A stretch of 64,000 bases of DNA from Gammaproteobacteria bacterium (GTDB lineage Bacteria; Pseudomonadota; Gammaproteobacteria; G965277405): the NCBI GenBank assembly GCA_965277405.1, contig OZ255726.1, positions 1,536,001-1,600,000 on the forward strand, written 5' to 3'. The translations under genes were made by a program, and so were the position numbers. Under the pieces are notes generated by a model, which worked only from the letters and a program-made list of their open reading frames with translations, was not told the DNA's origin and did no database searches. Shown here in pieces: positions 11,359 to 26,300 of this stretch; within the stretch, counting starts at the first letter, position 1; each line of letters opens with the position of its first letter.

Positions 11359-14300
11359 ATGAGAATTAAGCAAATGGCAAGTTCACTGGCATATACCAAA
11401 CAATATATTTGGAGATCTACGGCTATCGCCTTGCTGTTTATGCTCTCAGCGTGTACGGATGGCGCAGGTACAGTAACAGAGGAAAATTTAAGGCAGGCAG
11501 GGTTATTAACAAAAGCTGTTATTACTCCTGTTATCACTGATATTGTATTAGAAAAAATATGCACGGCTGCAGATTATACCGCTTGTAATAATAGCAATAA
11601 TCTTATTGATCCGTTTGCAGTAAATCAAACTACCATACAGGGTGATGCATTTGTTTATATCTTTAAAGTGGTATTTGATAGCAACAACGAACCTTTTCTC
11701 AACAAGGCAACATTGCGCACAGTTGAATTAGATAATGCCGAATTTGCTGATGCCACAATCCCTGTAAGCTCGCTTGCAGATGTTAATAAACAAGCAGATG
11801 ATGAAGATCCAAACAATGCAACAGCTACCGAGTTATATGCACAGCCTGCGTTTGAGGACAGATATACATACGCTATTTTAAAACCAATTGCCTTTACGGG
11901 TTCGGCTACTACTGGTAGTGGCTTAACTATTACCATCCCTGCAGGCTGGGTGTTTACGGTGAGTGGCAAAGGTGAGCCGATTTTTAATTCGGCATCATTT
12001 AGCAAAACCTTTACCATAGATTTGCTCCAACCTAAAATATCTGCGATATCTTTTGATCCGCCAACTGTCGGCGAATTGGTTAATAATGGCTATATTGGAA
12101 TTACTGATGCATTTAATAAGATTAATATATATATTACATTCAATAAAAATATGTATAAAAAAATTATTAAAGATAAAGATGATAAATATCATAAAAATAT
12201 AGACACAAATGATGATTTATTAGAGTGGGGAGATGTTAGTCACTCATCGATAAAAAAGTATGAGTTTCAATATAAAAGCGGGCTGACGGGAAGCAATGTT
12301 TTAATATTTACACTGTCAATAACTCCAAGTGCTGCGTCTGCATTGCAACACGATACTAAATTTAGCTTGCATCTTGCCAGTGATGCATTGGTAGATGCGG
12401 TTGGTAATGTCTTAGGTGGCATAGATCAAAATGATGATTTAAATATCTATTATCAAGATGATACCAGCAACACAATATTCACTGTAGATGCGCTAAAACC
12501 CCAATTACAGATTCCGGCACTGGCTGCACCACAAGTTCACAATGATGATGTTTACGACGGACGCACTGAAGTACTTGGAATTGGTGATAGCGTAAGTGTT
12601 GTATTAACATTTACTGAAAAGGTAACTTTTAATAATCACAATAACTTGCGTTTTAAAGTATTAGTAAGTGAGAATAATTATTCTAGTATAAATCCAAAAT
12701 ATTTTGTATTGACCTCTCCCGTTAAACAAGGAATACAACCGCTCGAATCATCTGACAAATTTACACTGACATATACTGTTAAAGAAGGTGATGGTGATAA
12801 CAATATAAATAGTGAAGATGGAAGACATTTTGCTAATAGTTCAGGATGGAACAGTGATCTTGCTGATAGAATTGATTTGCCTGAACAAAACTTGGTTGTT
12901 TATGATCAAGCGGGAAACTCTGTTGCAAATCTTTTGATAAATAGCTTGGAGTTGCCAGTTAATGGAGAAATTGATCAAGTTATAATTGATGGTAAACGAC
13001 CACAGCTTGGAGTTGATGGTATAACCAGCCGATTAAGCCGATTTATGAGCGGTGTACTAGGCGTTGAATCAGTTTATATTCAACAAAATGATAAGCTAGT
13101 TGTCGGAGTATATAGTAGCGAAAAACTAAAAACTAAAATCGACGGTAGCAATTATGACTTCAGGAGTGGTTCGATTTTAACCAGCGCCACGGCAATTGTA
13201 GACTTTTATAACACAGCTGGTGAATCGTTAAACAACCCCATCACCTTGGAGTATGACGCAGAACTATCGAAAATAAATATTCCTCATTCAAGCACAACAA
13301 CTATAGATGGCTCAAGCGATGTCCATAAAGATTTACGTGAAAAAATACACAAGGAAATATTTGGAGGTGATGCAACTAGTTTTGGTGTTGCTGATTTTAA
13401 ATATCCAATTAATAGGCTAGTTTTTTACAGTGCTCTTATGCCTGATCGCGAAGAGGCTGCGCAGTTACAACTTACCTCGATGCAGTTCAATAACACTGAT
13501 GTAACTAATCTGGTCGATTTTGCAGGTAATACATTGCAAGACCTTGATCCAGGGGGTTCATCTGTTCAGCTTAATCAACCAATTGACATGGGCTCACTCC
13601 AAGGTGATTTTTCAATCGAAGGATTCAATGCCTACCAGATGAATGACGCTGGAACAATGACTGCAGTCACAACGAACAGTAAGCACCGCTACAAAGACTA
13701 TGAATTAATTGCCGATACAATGTTTGTAGCACTGCATCTGAGTAGAGATATCGGTAGCGCGTCTACCAATATTGACTCGATGTCGATGATTGCCACTATT
13801 GATACATCTAATGATATATCTAATACACCTGCTAGCAATACCATAAATGTAATAAGCGAGGCAGCTGAATTAGGTACGGAATATGATTCGTCATATACTA
13901 ATATGATATTTTTTCCGTTTAAGTTGCCCAAACAAGCTGATCAACGGTTGCTAGATACCGACGGAATATCAGTTAAAATACAATGGGGTGATGGTATTCG
14001 GGTTGCAAAAATTAAAGATGAACTAGGCAACTGGCTGGCTGAATCTGGTATTTATTATAATGGCTCACATCTTATGCAGGACATGTTGGTCGATAATATT
14101 GATCCCGTCTGTGAATATAAACTTTCAGGAAAGCAGCTTAGCTATGCCACGCCGATTTTATTTTCATTAGCTGAAAACCACAATGCCCTCTATTTTCATT
14201 TAGTCTGTAATGAGGAAATCGGCTATAAGTACGCAGCTGATATTGCTAAAATACCATTTATCGAAACAGCCTTTGGTTTTGCAACAAATAATACCGATGA

Positions 14301-17300
14301 TACCCCCGACTTTGTCGTCCGTACAGATTTTCAGCAATTGTCGCCAAACAATAACCTGGTGTTTTCGTTGCCTGTAAAACCTGGGTATCAAGCGTACGGT
14401 CATAAACTGCGTATCCGCAACAAATCAGTGCAAAGGTATTATGATGTGACAGCTAACGAAGTTAAAAAAGAACGGATATTTACAGATGCTGCTGGCAATC
14501 CAATCACTACCTATTTTGCTACAGCACCAAACGATAGGTATATAACGCCAAGTGAATTTACAACATATGAGCAGACAGATAGTCCTGCTATTGTTACCAA
14601 CGTCGATATCGTTTTCGATACTCGAGCGTATCCAAAAACTGTTACTTTTTATCGAGCGTCAGCAGGATATCCAAAAGATCACCCAGCAGATACGTCTGGA
14701 AAAATATTGGTATCAACAAGGTATAAACAGTTTGGTGTAGAAATTACATTTAGTGACAAAACAGGCACGGACCGAAACATTGATGTTGCCGGACTAAATC
14801 AAGATGCGCAATTCGACTATTCGCTACCAATGCAGATGACAGACTCGAATCTGGCTGTTACGTTAGCCAGTAAAGTCGTTAATATTGCTGCAAATAGCAA
14901 GACAGTAAAGTTTGTTTTTGATTTGGATGACTTCCCAGGTACAATATATGAAAACCTAAAATTTGATACTGCAAGCATTCATGCATTAATAGATAACAAT
15001 GCAATTCCCAAAATTAAAACAATAAATAATTTCACAAATATTTCTGGAACAAAATATTCGATAACTCAACCTGTTTCTTTATTGTTTCAAGATACAGACA
15101 TTTCTAATGATTTTTTCAATAAAGTTCAAGTAAATAATGTCGTGCCAGAATTTGAAGACAATGTTAAAATTTATTATATTGAAAAACAAGACCCCTCCAG
15201 TGACACTGACCCGTTATACCAAGAGTTAGATATAAGAGCAGATAATGGTGATTTGAATTATGGCACATTCTATATTGCGCTAAGAACTGATGCTGCATTA
15301 ACGGTTAGGCCTAAGATATGGGATGTTGAAAGTGAAGAATTCGTAGAACATGACGTGCAAAATGTAATGTTAAATTTTTATGCTGCTGATTTACCCGTTA
15401 CTGCAAACTATGTGTTACCGACAGAGTTTCATGAAAAAACAGGCAGTACCAGTAGTGATGCGCAGATGATGTATTTTGCATTTGACTTTAATGCAGTGGC
15501 TCAGGCTGGGCGTGATTTTAAATTTTATCAGGCATCTGCAACAACTACAACTGACCGGGCAACCTACATCAGTGGCAATGATACAGCATACCTAGTAGAC
15601 AGATTTCACAATAGCATTGATGTTACCAGTCTCAGTAATGCGTTTTCGTTAGATAAGACATATACAGTTAATCTTGTAGCAACCAAAAATATTGTCAATG
15701 TTGAGTTTGTCGATGATGACTTTGTCACATATCAGTTTGATAATGGCAGACCGTTTTATAGCAATGGCGACACAATTAAATTGAGAGTTGATTTTAATAC
15801 GCTAATAACTTATGCAGAATTTGATAACGAAGTATATGCTATAGATATTGAAGTTGCCGACCAAGATAATTCATCGGATAAAAAGAAACTTTTTTTAGAG
15901 AAAACACTATCAGGAATTAGCACAGATGCATCTGGGAATTTGCATTCGTATTTGATATTTAGTAAACGTATTACAGATTCCATGGAGTTTAATGCTGACA
16001 GCAGGTCATCAGCATTTAAGCTCATCACGGTGAGTGACAATATTTATCTGTGTGCACGGAATGAAATCGACAACACCGAAGTCGCGAACAGCGAACCTCA
16101 TCTTGATTGTGCAAATTCAATGCTAGTAAAGGCAGCTAGTGTGGATGGCAGTGGTGCCCCGCTAAGTTCGCGATTTTCACAACAACAAGTGGACACAATT
16201 GAAAGGTTGCGGATTAACTCAAAACTCAACTATGTGCGCGATGATGGCAACGATAAACCAGTTGTTGCTGCGTATACTAGAGAAAAAGACAGTAGCAATA
16301 CATTAGTAGCAGATAGTGAAAATAAGGTAGTAGCGCTTGATGCAAGCAAGCCATTGCGTCACGGCGATAAGTTATTGTTTGAATTTATTGTAGATTTAGA
16401 TCAAATATATGACTTTACCAGTGCCTCATTGCCAACAAACAGGTTAGTGGTTAAAGAAAATAATGAAAATCTAGCTAAATTAAATATTCAAATTGCAAGG
16501 AGCAGTAATGGTTATGATCTTTTGCCAGTAACGATAGCACTCAACGAAAATTCATCAGAATATAATGATAGTGCAGTTTTATTTGAATATACGGTAAAAA
16601 AAGGGGATCTGAGTAATATCCAAATAACAAAACCATCTAATCAGCATATCAGCGTTGACACACTAACAATTAATACAGCAGATTTATTTGTTGCTAAAAC
16701 TGCAATTGTTGACGAAATACACCAGAATCATATTGACAGCAAATTTGAGAATCCAGTCGACGTTACCTTCGATTTTATTATTGATACCCGCCCATACATT
16801 ACAGCTATTAAAGTTGTCAATAACTTTAATAACACTATATATACTAAAAATGATCAGTTAAAAGTTCAGTTAACTTTTGATCAGTTGGTTATGCCATCAG
16901 CTGCTGTCAGCACCACAACCTCTATGTTGAAAGTGAATTTATCGAGTGATTCCTTAGCTGCTACTTGCCGAGCAGAATTTGCGCTTGCTTATAACAACCA
17001 TAGCGGCAATACAATTGATTTCCAAGGAGCACTGCCCGCGGATTGCCATCAATATGATACAGCGGCACAACTAGTCGTAGCTGAGTTTTATAACAATATA
17101 ACTGCTGATTTAAGTACTAGCGCATATTGGTATTCTGCTGAAATAAGCGTTGCTGCAACCAGTGATAGATTATTGGTAGACCAGCGCCTTGATGTAAGTG
17201 TAGCTGATGGCGGTATTAAACTGTATACCAAACCATTAACATTTGTATCAGCGCAGATTGGCAAAGTAGCGACTACAAATCACAGCTGTTCTGCTGCGCC

Positions 17301-20300
17301 GTCACTACCACCAATCAAAATAAAAATAAACGATACCCTTTGTGTGCAGCTATCAACTCAAAATAACACAGCAACTAACAATGATACTCCCCCCCTCTAC
17401 CTCGTCACAGAGAATAACTCCCCGCAACTGATATTGCAGGGCTTTGGTGTCGATGGAATGCCGCAAGAAATTGCATTCACCCAGCCACAGGTGATTAACG
17501 GTGCAAATGCTACCGATACATCAACTGATATTGTGTTTACTCATACCATAACAAGTAATTCTGCTTGGTTAACAAATCCAGCAAATACAAAATATACATA
17601 CATATATAATGGTGCAGTCAAATTGTTTAACGCGGATAACGCTGATAACGCTGGAGAGCTAACTGCGCCAGCCGACCACCATTATGTCAGGCACGTAAAT
17701 AGCATTCAGGTGCTTGGCAGCGATATCAATACCCCGTCATTCAACTTAGTGGCAAGTGCAGATGCAATACAGCGAGCGTTAACTGCGTTTAATACCAACT
17801 TCTATGTTGATACACGCTCTATATACTACACTATAGACACAAGCACAATACAACCAGTTTCAGCACCATATCTGTTGCAAGATAAGATTACCTTCACCAT
17901 GAATATGAGTGGTGATGAGCAGATTGGTGAACGCTCAATTGGTGATTTTAGATTGCTTGCCGACCTTAGCTCCGACAGAGCGGACACAGCAACATTGGAG
18001 ATTGAATTTGCACTGATTGATACTCCAACAGCAACATTAAAGTTCGTATCCGTAGCATTACCTCCAGACAATAACGGTAGCTATACGCTTAGAAATTTCC
18101 GACCAAAACCCAATACTTCAGATTTAATCAGCAACAGTACTAGAGCGACAATAAATTACGATAAATTCAACGATATTGCAGCTAATATAAAGCTCAATAC
18201 AGGTACCATCGCCTTAGATAGCATTGCCTTACAATTAACTAACAACAGCGATGATGTGAATATCGCCAGCTATCTAGCCAATGTAACTTCATATATTGAC
18301 CTTGCGAATCAACCGCAACTACTCACAACAGCTGATATTGGCAAGTATCTGCTGTTTACAGTATCATCTAGTGAGGCAAATACCAAAGAAACACCCCTGA
18401 AAAAACCCGAGTTAGAGCTAGGACTACGCTTTGTGTTAGACAGGTCAAACGACATAATAAGCCACAGGACAGCTGAATTTGTTGACCTGATACAGCAGGA
18501 AAATGACGACTACACTGCAGACGCTATTTTTAAATATCAAATTCAAGATGGTGATTACAGCAATACCACAGTCAATGACACGCTATTATTTGGTAAAATA
18601 CAATTCAACACAGCCAATGCTGAATTATTGTTTGCTGGAATAACTGATGATAATTATTTTTCTGCTGATGGCGGTTCAGCGGTTGCACTGGATACAACAA
18701 ATTTAAACACCAGTATTGAGGCATTTGCTGACAATTTGCAGATTAATACAGCGAATGACTTTGCCAGCCTAACCATTATAGCTGAAGACGGTGGTGTAAC
18801 CCGAGCCAGCACTGTCTACGTTCAGGAAGAGTCAATATACCTTACATTGGACTCACAACCAGCGTTGCTATATTTCGATCCAGCTACAGCTACGCAACAG
18901 CACGCATATCTTGATGTATCGGTAGACGGTGTCAATGCGCAAGGCTCCACCACGTCAAGCACCTTGCGTTTTCAATTGCAATCATTTGCAACTACTGGGG
19001 AACAGCGCATTAAGTTTAAAGCAAATGTCGCTGCTTTACTCGCGCAATACAACGGCATTACCCCAGATAATCCCCTCACATTCAAATTTTCTACAGCCAC
19101 AATTACCATGCCTGCATCTGCAACAGGCACAACGGTGCAGATATATAGGCAAGTAAATGGTAAAAAAACATATTTGCATAACAAGCTCTGCCACGCAGCC
19201 GCTAACAACTGCAGTATTCAAAATAAATCACTCAGTTTTAACCTAAACAAACTCAAAATTACAGCTATCGCCATTAAAGGCGCACATGCGCCAACTGTTG
19301 TTGCTGATACTCCTGCAGCAGAAATTGCAGCGATTGAGGAAAATTATAATACCTCAGCTTCAGTTGTAGTTAATAACCAACCTGCACGCAATGGTGATGA
19401 TTTACGCACTGGCGATTATTTAATATTTGAAGTTACCACCAATGCCGATGATATCTCGGCTGATTTAGCTAATGACCAACAACTGAAATATGTAACATTC
19501 ACTATTGAGGATTATCAACAACAACCAAAAATATTAAGCTCAATTCTACCAACAGCATTGGCGCAGTATGCCACATACCGTAGGCCCATTATCCAAGCCA
19601 ATACAACGATAGGGTTTCGCTTCTATTACAAAATACAACGTGGTGTGTTTGCTAACATCGCATTTCAAGAAAAAGACTACCCCAATATTAGCATTGGCTA
19701 TAGCGCAGCTGACAACAGCACCTTTATGCCCCATGGGGTTGCAGGCGCGCTGGTAGCCCGATCATTCCATCCCAATGGTAATAATCTGACAGAGAAAGTG
19801 CTCAAACTTACCTCTGAACGCAATCAATTTAACGTAAGCAATGACGCATTGGTTGTCGACACCAGAATACGCGTGACCGCTGTAGCAATTGATGCCGCTT
19901 ATAATCGTGCCACGCAGCTGATAGGGACGCACCCAGATTCAGACAAGACAATAACCGTAACTCTGGATCATAGGGTTACCGCAGGTACTGGTTTTGCGGC
20001 AACAGCTGTGAGGCTCCATGCTGATTTTGCTAATTTTACACCAAATATTGTAGGCGGCACAGACTACAGCACAGACTTTTGGATACAGGAAGATAATAGA
20101 ACCAGATTTACTAGTGGAGTGAACTCAAGCGATACAATTCAATTTACCTTAACTGGGCGGCATGGGCGCGCAGGACCGCATACACGCGTATTAGATTATG
20201 CACAAGACACAGTTAATGCTGAGGGTAATGCTGAGGGATATACGCTCACTTTCAATTCCCTTGCAATCAATACCATCGATTTGTATTGGGAAGAAGAAGA

Positions 20301-23300
20301 TGAGCTGCGCACATTTGTTGACTGGTCGATAGATATTGATGGCAACAATTCAAACAGCAATATAATTCAAGGCATTAAAATTACTGCAAATGCCGCAGAG
20401 CTACAGACAATCGAAGTATCAACAGACGCAAGCAATCAGCCGTTGCAAGTTGGCGATAACATCGTGCTATTGGCAAAAATAGCCACTGAGTCAGGTTTTG
20501 ACCTGACTATAGACGCTACTACAGACCTTAGCCTTAAATTCAAAATTCAATCGTTTACCAAGGAAAATCAAGGAGAGCTTGTTAGTAAAACCGCAGCATT
20601 TGCTAGTTGGATTACAGACGATACTGTGGACGACACTTTAGACGACACGCCAGCAAAAAACATCGGCGCAAAATTTGTATATACCGTCGCAGCGGGAGAT
20701 TTATATAATCTTAGGTTTCCTATGTTGCAGCAAAACACTGCTGTTCAAGCTCTGTATACAATTGGGGCTGATTTGTCTTTTGACGTAGCGAGATTATTCA
20801 ACAAACCGATCGATTCAGGTAACGGCAACCCAATCAATACAACAGCAACAACACTTGCTAACCCCGCTTCAATATCAATAAATACTGCCCCAACAGCCAC
20901 TGGTATGCAGCTGAACTCTGCTTTTAATAGCGCGGTTGAATATGTTGATAATGCCAACGCCAATACCCTATACGTAACCCTCACATATCCAGATGACAGC
21001 ATCGATGTGGCTAAAACCAGGGCGTATAGCAACTCAGCGCTGCACGTTACAGTCAACGGCCATGACAGAACCTTCGATAGCATTCCGTCAAATACTTTCA
21101 AGGTTGGTGCCAATGATGTTGCTGAATTTACAGCGAACACTTTAAGCTATCAATACGTATTCGACATTTCAGCAGATAATAACGATTTCTCCACTGATAC
21201 ATTATTGACAGTTCAACCAGTGCGCATGGTATTCGATAATAATGGAGTGATTGAGAACAGCGACAAATATGCTGGTATGACGGAAGTATTGACCCAACAA
21301 GGTCAGGGCTTCATGCCGTTGTTTAATGACTTTACTGCTATGCCAGCCGCAGATATTTTTAGTGAAGACTATGATTTTAGAGCAGGTGTGTTTGAATTTT
21401 CTACAGATGTGCTACTTGACTATAGCGAAAATAGCGAAAATGACAGCGACAATATCCACTCTACCGCTACCGAAAACAGCGAAAATGGCAGCGACGATTT
21501 AATATACTTAGGGGAGCGAGACGTTCTCCACATTTATATAAGCACCACAACAGCTAATAACAACCTTCGTTCGTTTACCCAAGTAAGTGAAGATAATCAA
21601 GATAACCAAGATAACCAAGAACCAACAGCAGAAATCAACACTATTATGCTACGCATGGCGAGCGGCACGTTAATCGCCCGCCAAGCAACGCAATCCGTAT
21701 GCTTTGCAAACGGTATGCAGACTGCAGCAACAGCAACGTGTAACTTTATGCGCTTTGATGTCACCTTACCAAACTATGCAGACAGCTCTACCGATGCCGC
21801 TAATTGCATCAGTATCGGTTCGGCAACATGCGGCGTATCAAACGTAGCGTCGCTACTGATTCAGGATCAAGGCAATACAGAATATACCACATCGTTAGTT
21901 GTTGAGCAGCTAACACCAAGCGCTGCTAGCGCTGCTAACGCTGATTTTACCACGCGCCACGCCATCCGTAACCATATAAAAACTGGTAACGAGTATGGGG
22001 TTAGCTTAGCAGATCGTATTGTTGTAGAACCAACGCCTGCCAGAGTATCGCCAACATTTGATGTAGATACCGTAGCGGAATTTAAGGTTAGCTGGCAAGA
22101 TGTAGCACACGCAAGTAAGTACATACTAACGTATAATGTCAGTGGCGACAGTGATGCAACAACAGATATTATTGCTTTTAATTCAGATTCGGAAAATAAC
22201 GATATAACCTTCGCTGGCATTGCTGGTAAAATGTATATTATTAGCATTACAGCAGTCAATGCAGCAGGCAAATATCTGCCACCACTTCCCAATTATCGCA
22301 CATTAACACAGTATGCCTCGTTACCAACAATAGCCGATGTATCAATCGACGTGCTTACCAAAGCAGGAGAGACTAAAACCGTAGCAGCCGATAACAAATA
22401 TCAGCTAGTGGCAGGTGAAAAAATTCAATTTACATTTCAGCTAAACATAGACATCAGCGGTGACCCAAGCACTCGGCAGGAATTTAATACCAATATCGGC
22501 GGCAAGCGCTTTGCCATACAGTTTTATTTTGGCGATAAACTGCGCAGTTTATCCAATCTAGCGATTGCAGAAGCTACAGATCACAAAAAACTGTATTTTC
22601 AATATACGGTGCAACAAGACGATGTTGCTGAATATGTGACTTTAGCCAATCCAGTGGCAATTAGTTTGCTTGATAGCGGCTTTCCGCTGCAAAATATCAA
22701 AGGTACAAATATTATAAATTACACAATACCACTCGATGATGCAGATACAGCGCAACTAGGCAGACTCAATGTTGCCAATACATCCCCAACAGTTATCGCG
22801 ATACAAACCAGTGAAAACGTCGCGTATAGCACCGAAGCCAACGCCAATGGCTTGATTGATATCTGGGTGTATTTTAACAAAGCAATTAGCTACGCTAGCC
22901 CAAATAATAATGCCGCGCCATCGATTACCTTTACTGCCGATATAGAAGGAGAAGATAATACAGCGCAAGACTTGCAGGCAAGGTATCAAAGCATCAGCGG
23001 CAATACTGCGTTATTTAGAATTGACCTTGCCGCAGCTGATAATGACAAAAATTGGTCGTCAAATGAATTGCGCCTCACAGCCAACGAAATTGCTAACCAT
23101 AATTCCCTCCAAAACGCAGATAAAACCCAGAGTATCAACCCAGATATAGCATTATTCAAAAAAGACTTCATAGTAACGCTGCAACATGTACAACAAGATG
23201 CAGAGTCTGCAAGTGATGTTGTTATTACTCAAACATCATCACGTGCAGGGATTTTTGGTGTTGGGGAATTGCTCACGTTTACAGTCGCAACGAAAACACC

Positions 23301-26300
23301 AGTCATGGTATGGGCAGGTGAACTGTTGCTCCACGCCACCTTTAATAACGCAGCTAATAACGCAGCTAATAACGCAGCTAATAACGCAGCTAGCACTGAT
23401 GGCACGCGGCGTATTCCATATTTGTATTCAACACATGCTGGCACACAACATGTATTTGGCTATAGAACCAAAACCGCAGATATAGGTACCAGCAGTATTG
23501 ATATTAACCGCGTTCAATCGTATGTAATGGGGAGGTATAGCGGCACAGGCGATATTTTTGTAACGCAGTCAACGGCACAGTCGCCAATTCAAACAACTGG
23601 TGCCAACGCAGCTGTTGCCTTTGCTAAAACTATAAACAAGAACTTTGTGATTCAGATAGTTGCCACAGCTGGCGATAGTAATAGCAGCGCCTACAAACTC
23701 ATCAGTGCCATAAAATTTGATGGCTCTAGTGTTACAACATGTGGTGGCACAGCACCTATTTGCGCCATCACTGATACCGCCAACAACGGCAAATATCAAA
23801 CGGTTACAGTTAATGACAATGACAATGACAATGGCAGTGACAATGTTGATGCCACGGTTAGCACGAGTAATGGAGCTTATGTGTTTGCAGGTAGCGCATT
23901 AAAGGCAGAAAACACTATAAATGTAGCAGCAAAGCCCAAACTAACCATTGTTGCCGTGCTCAGCAATGTTACATTTGCCAACACAGAGCATCCTCCAACC
24001 CACACCGTATTCAAAAACCCGCTGCTATCATTTATAGGTATTGGCGAACTGGGAACAGAATACACTATTGCGCTTGATGTCCAAAAAGACCGCTCGCATG
24101 GTCTGGGGCTATACTGCGGTGGCGGCTGTTATATATCTTACAGATTATCAACATTGCAACAAGATTCGTTGGCAGGGGATGACAAAAACATCTTGGTTAT
24201 CGAACACTATAGCGGCGCAGCTGATCAAACTCGTTTTCAAGCACAAGATATTAGTATCAGTCTCAATGGAGATAGCCTAACCATTGTCCAAGATAGCCAA
24301 CACGCCAACTCTAATATTGCCATCAGTAATTTCGCAACATATATCGGCGGGCGAGCAATATTTAGTAGTAGTCCGCTGACGGCAGTCAAGCCAGCGATTG
24401 ATGACACACTCAACACGATTGCGTTAGGTAGCTTTCATTTATATGACTTCAGCGTATTTACTGCAGCAATGGGTAGTTTATTGCCGTGTTATATCGATGT
24501 ATTGGGGCGCAAATACGCAAGCGTGGCAAAATGGCAATCCACGCTTGTCGATCAATCAGTTTGCAATGTCAGGCAAAGTATTGCGGCAGGTGTTGCTGCA
24601 GCAAACCTCGTGCTATGGCTGGATCCGGACCCCACATACTTGGATTTTAGCAGCGACGGCAGGGTAGATACCTGGCTGGATAGATCAGGAAGAAACCACC
24701 ATGCCAGCGTTGACATTGTTCGTACCCGCAACATGCGCTCTATTGCCGCTAAGTTCTCAAATGGACAATCCCTGCTAATTACAGACGCATCAAGCGCAAC
24801 TGGCAGCGCTAACAGGGAATATTTCGAAAATGCGTTGACCAATGACCAACGCAGCACAATAAATTTTGCAACAGCAAACCGTGCTGCTGGTGAGACAATT
24901 TATACAGCTGCAAATTACTTTCAGCAAGACGTGCACCGCTATTATCATGGCGTGTTTAGCGAGGATGACTTTAGCGAAGATAGCCAACAACTCACCGCAT
25001 TTGCGGTATTTATCACCCCAACCAGCAACAGCAAGCCGCAGCCGCGCAGCTTGTTTTTACTCGATAACGAACCTGATGACAGCGCATATAGAGCATTAAC
25101 TCCTAATAGTTTTGAAGTATTTCGCTTTGGTTCAAACTACCCACAACAAATTCTTGGAACCTTTGATGCCAACACCATCATTGGCTATCCACATGGTTTA
25201 TATGCAGGTAAAACCGTGCCAGTACCGCTGATGCGTACTTTGGCTACTAAATATTATGCAACTGAGAATAGCGACCCATTCAGCACCTATTCAACGGAAA
25301 AACCACGGCTGATTGCCAAAGAATATAGCTGGCAGCAGTATGCAACTTCGCAAATAACAACGCTTGCCGTGCGGGTAAATCTTGCCAACAGCCCCGCCAA
25401 TAGCTATCAATATTCGATAAATGGCTCAGACTTTATTACAGATTTTGATAGCGCTGCGCGTGCTACATCGTTCAATGGCTACGCGCTGGGTTTATTGCAA
25501 GATGCCCAAGGTGCCGTGTTTGATAACTCATACGACACCGGCATCGCCTGGGGCGATGTGCTGGTCTACGACACAGCATTATCAAATACCCAGCTGCGCC
25601 AGGTCTTCCAATATTTGCAATTAAAATATGCAAGCCATTTTACCCAATCGGTTTTTGCCAGCAATTTACCCAATATTTTAACCAGTGAAGGACTGCTTAT
25701 TTATGCTACAGCAAACACAGAATTTCTTAACAAGTACAAAAACAACACCGCAATCGGGCGCGATGATCAACAAGGATTTTATAAAGTTTGGGGACAGGCT
25801 AATGAAAACTGGAGTCTCGACCAAGATCATTTTCGTGGCTATACCGAAGGTTTTTCCGCAGGTGGCGTCCCTGGTAAATTATGGGTGAACTCGCTGACCG
25901 GCTCAGACAGCCGCAGCAATCAATATGGCGACTACCGCAAGCCAGACTCATTGTTTGTCACCATTGCCGATACCAGCCAACTCGATAATCGTGAGTTTTT
26001 AACGTGGAGCTATAAAGACAGCTCGTATAACTTCCCAACTTCAAAATATATCGGAGTGGAAGGCAACTATGACGTTGAGCGCATCCAGCGGATATATAAA
26101 TTCGCTGAAATTGGCGAAGTTGGTCTCATTAGTCTCAAATATATCAACGGGATTAACTCGCGTGGTTTTTCCAAAAATGTACGGATTATTATCGCCGCAA
26201 ATGAAGCGTTTACGCAAAACGTCCGTAAGCAGGATTTACGCGCCATCCAAACGTCAACAAGTAATTCTCGTCATGTATACGGAACAGCAGCACCAATACA

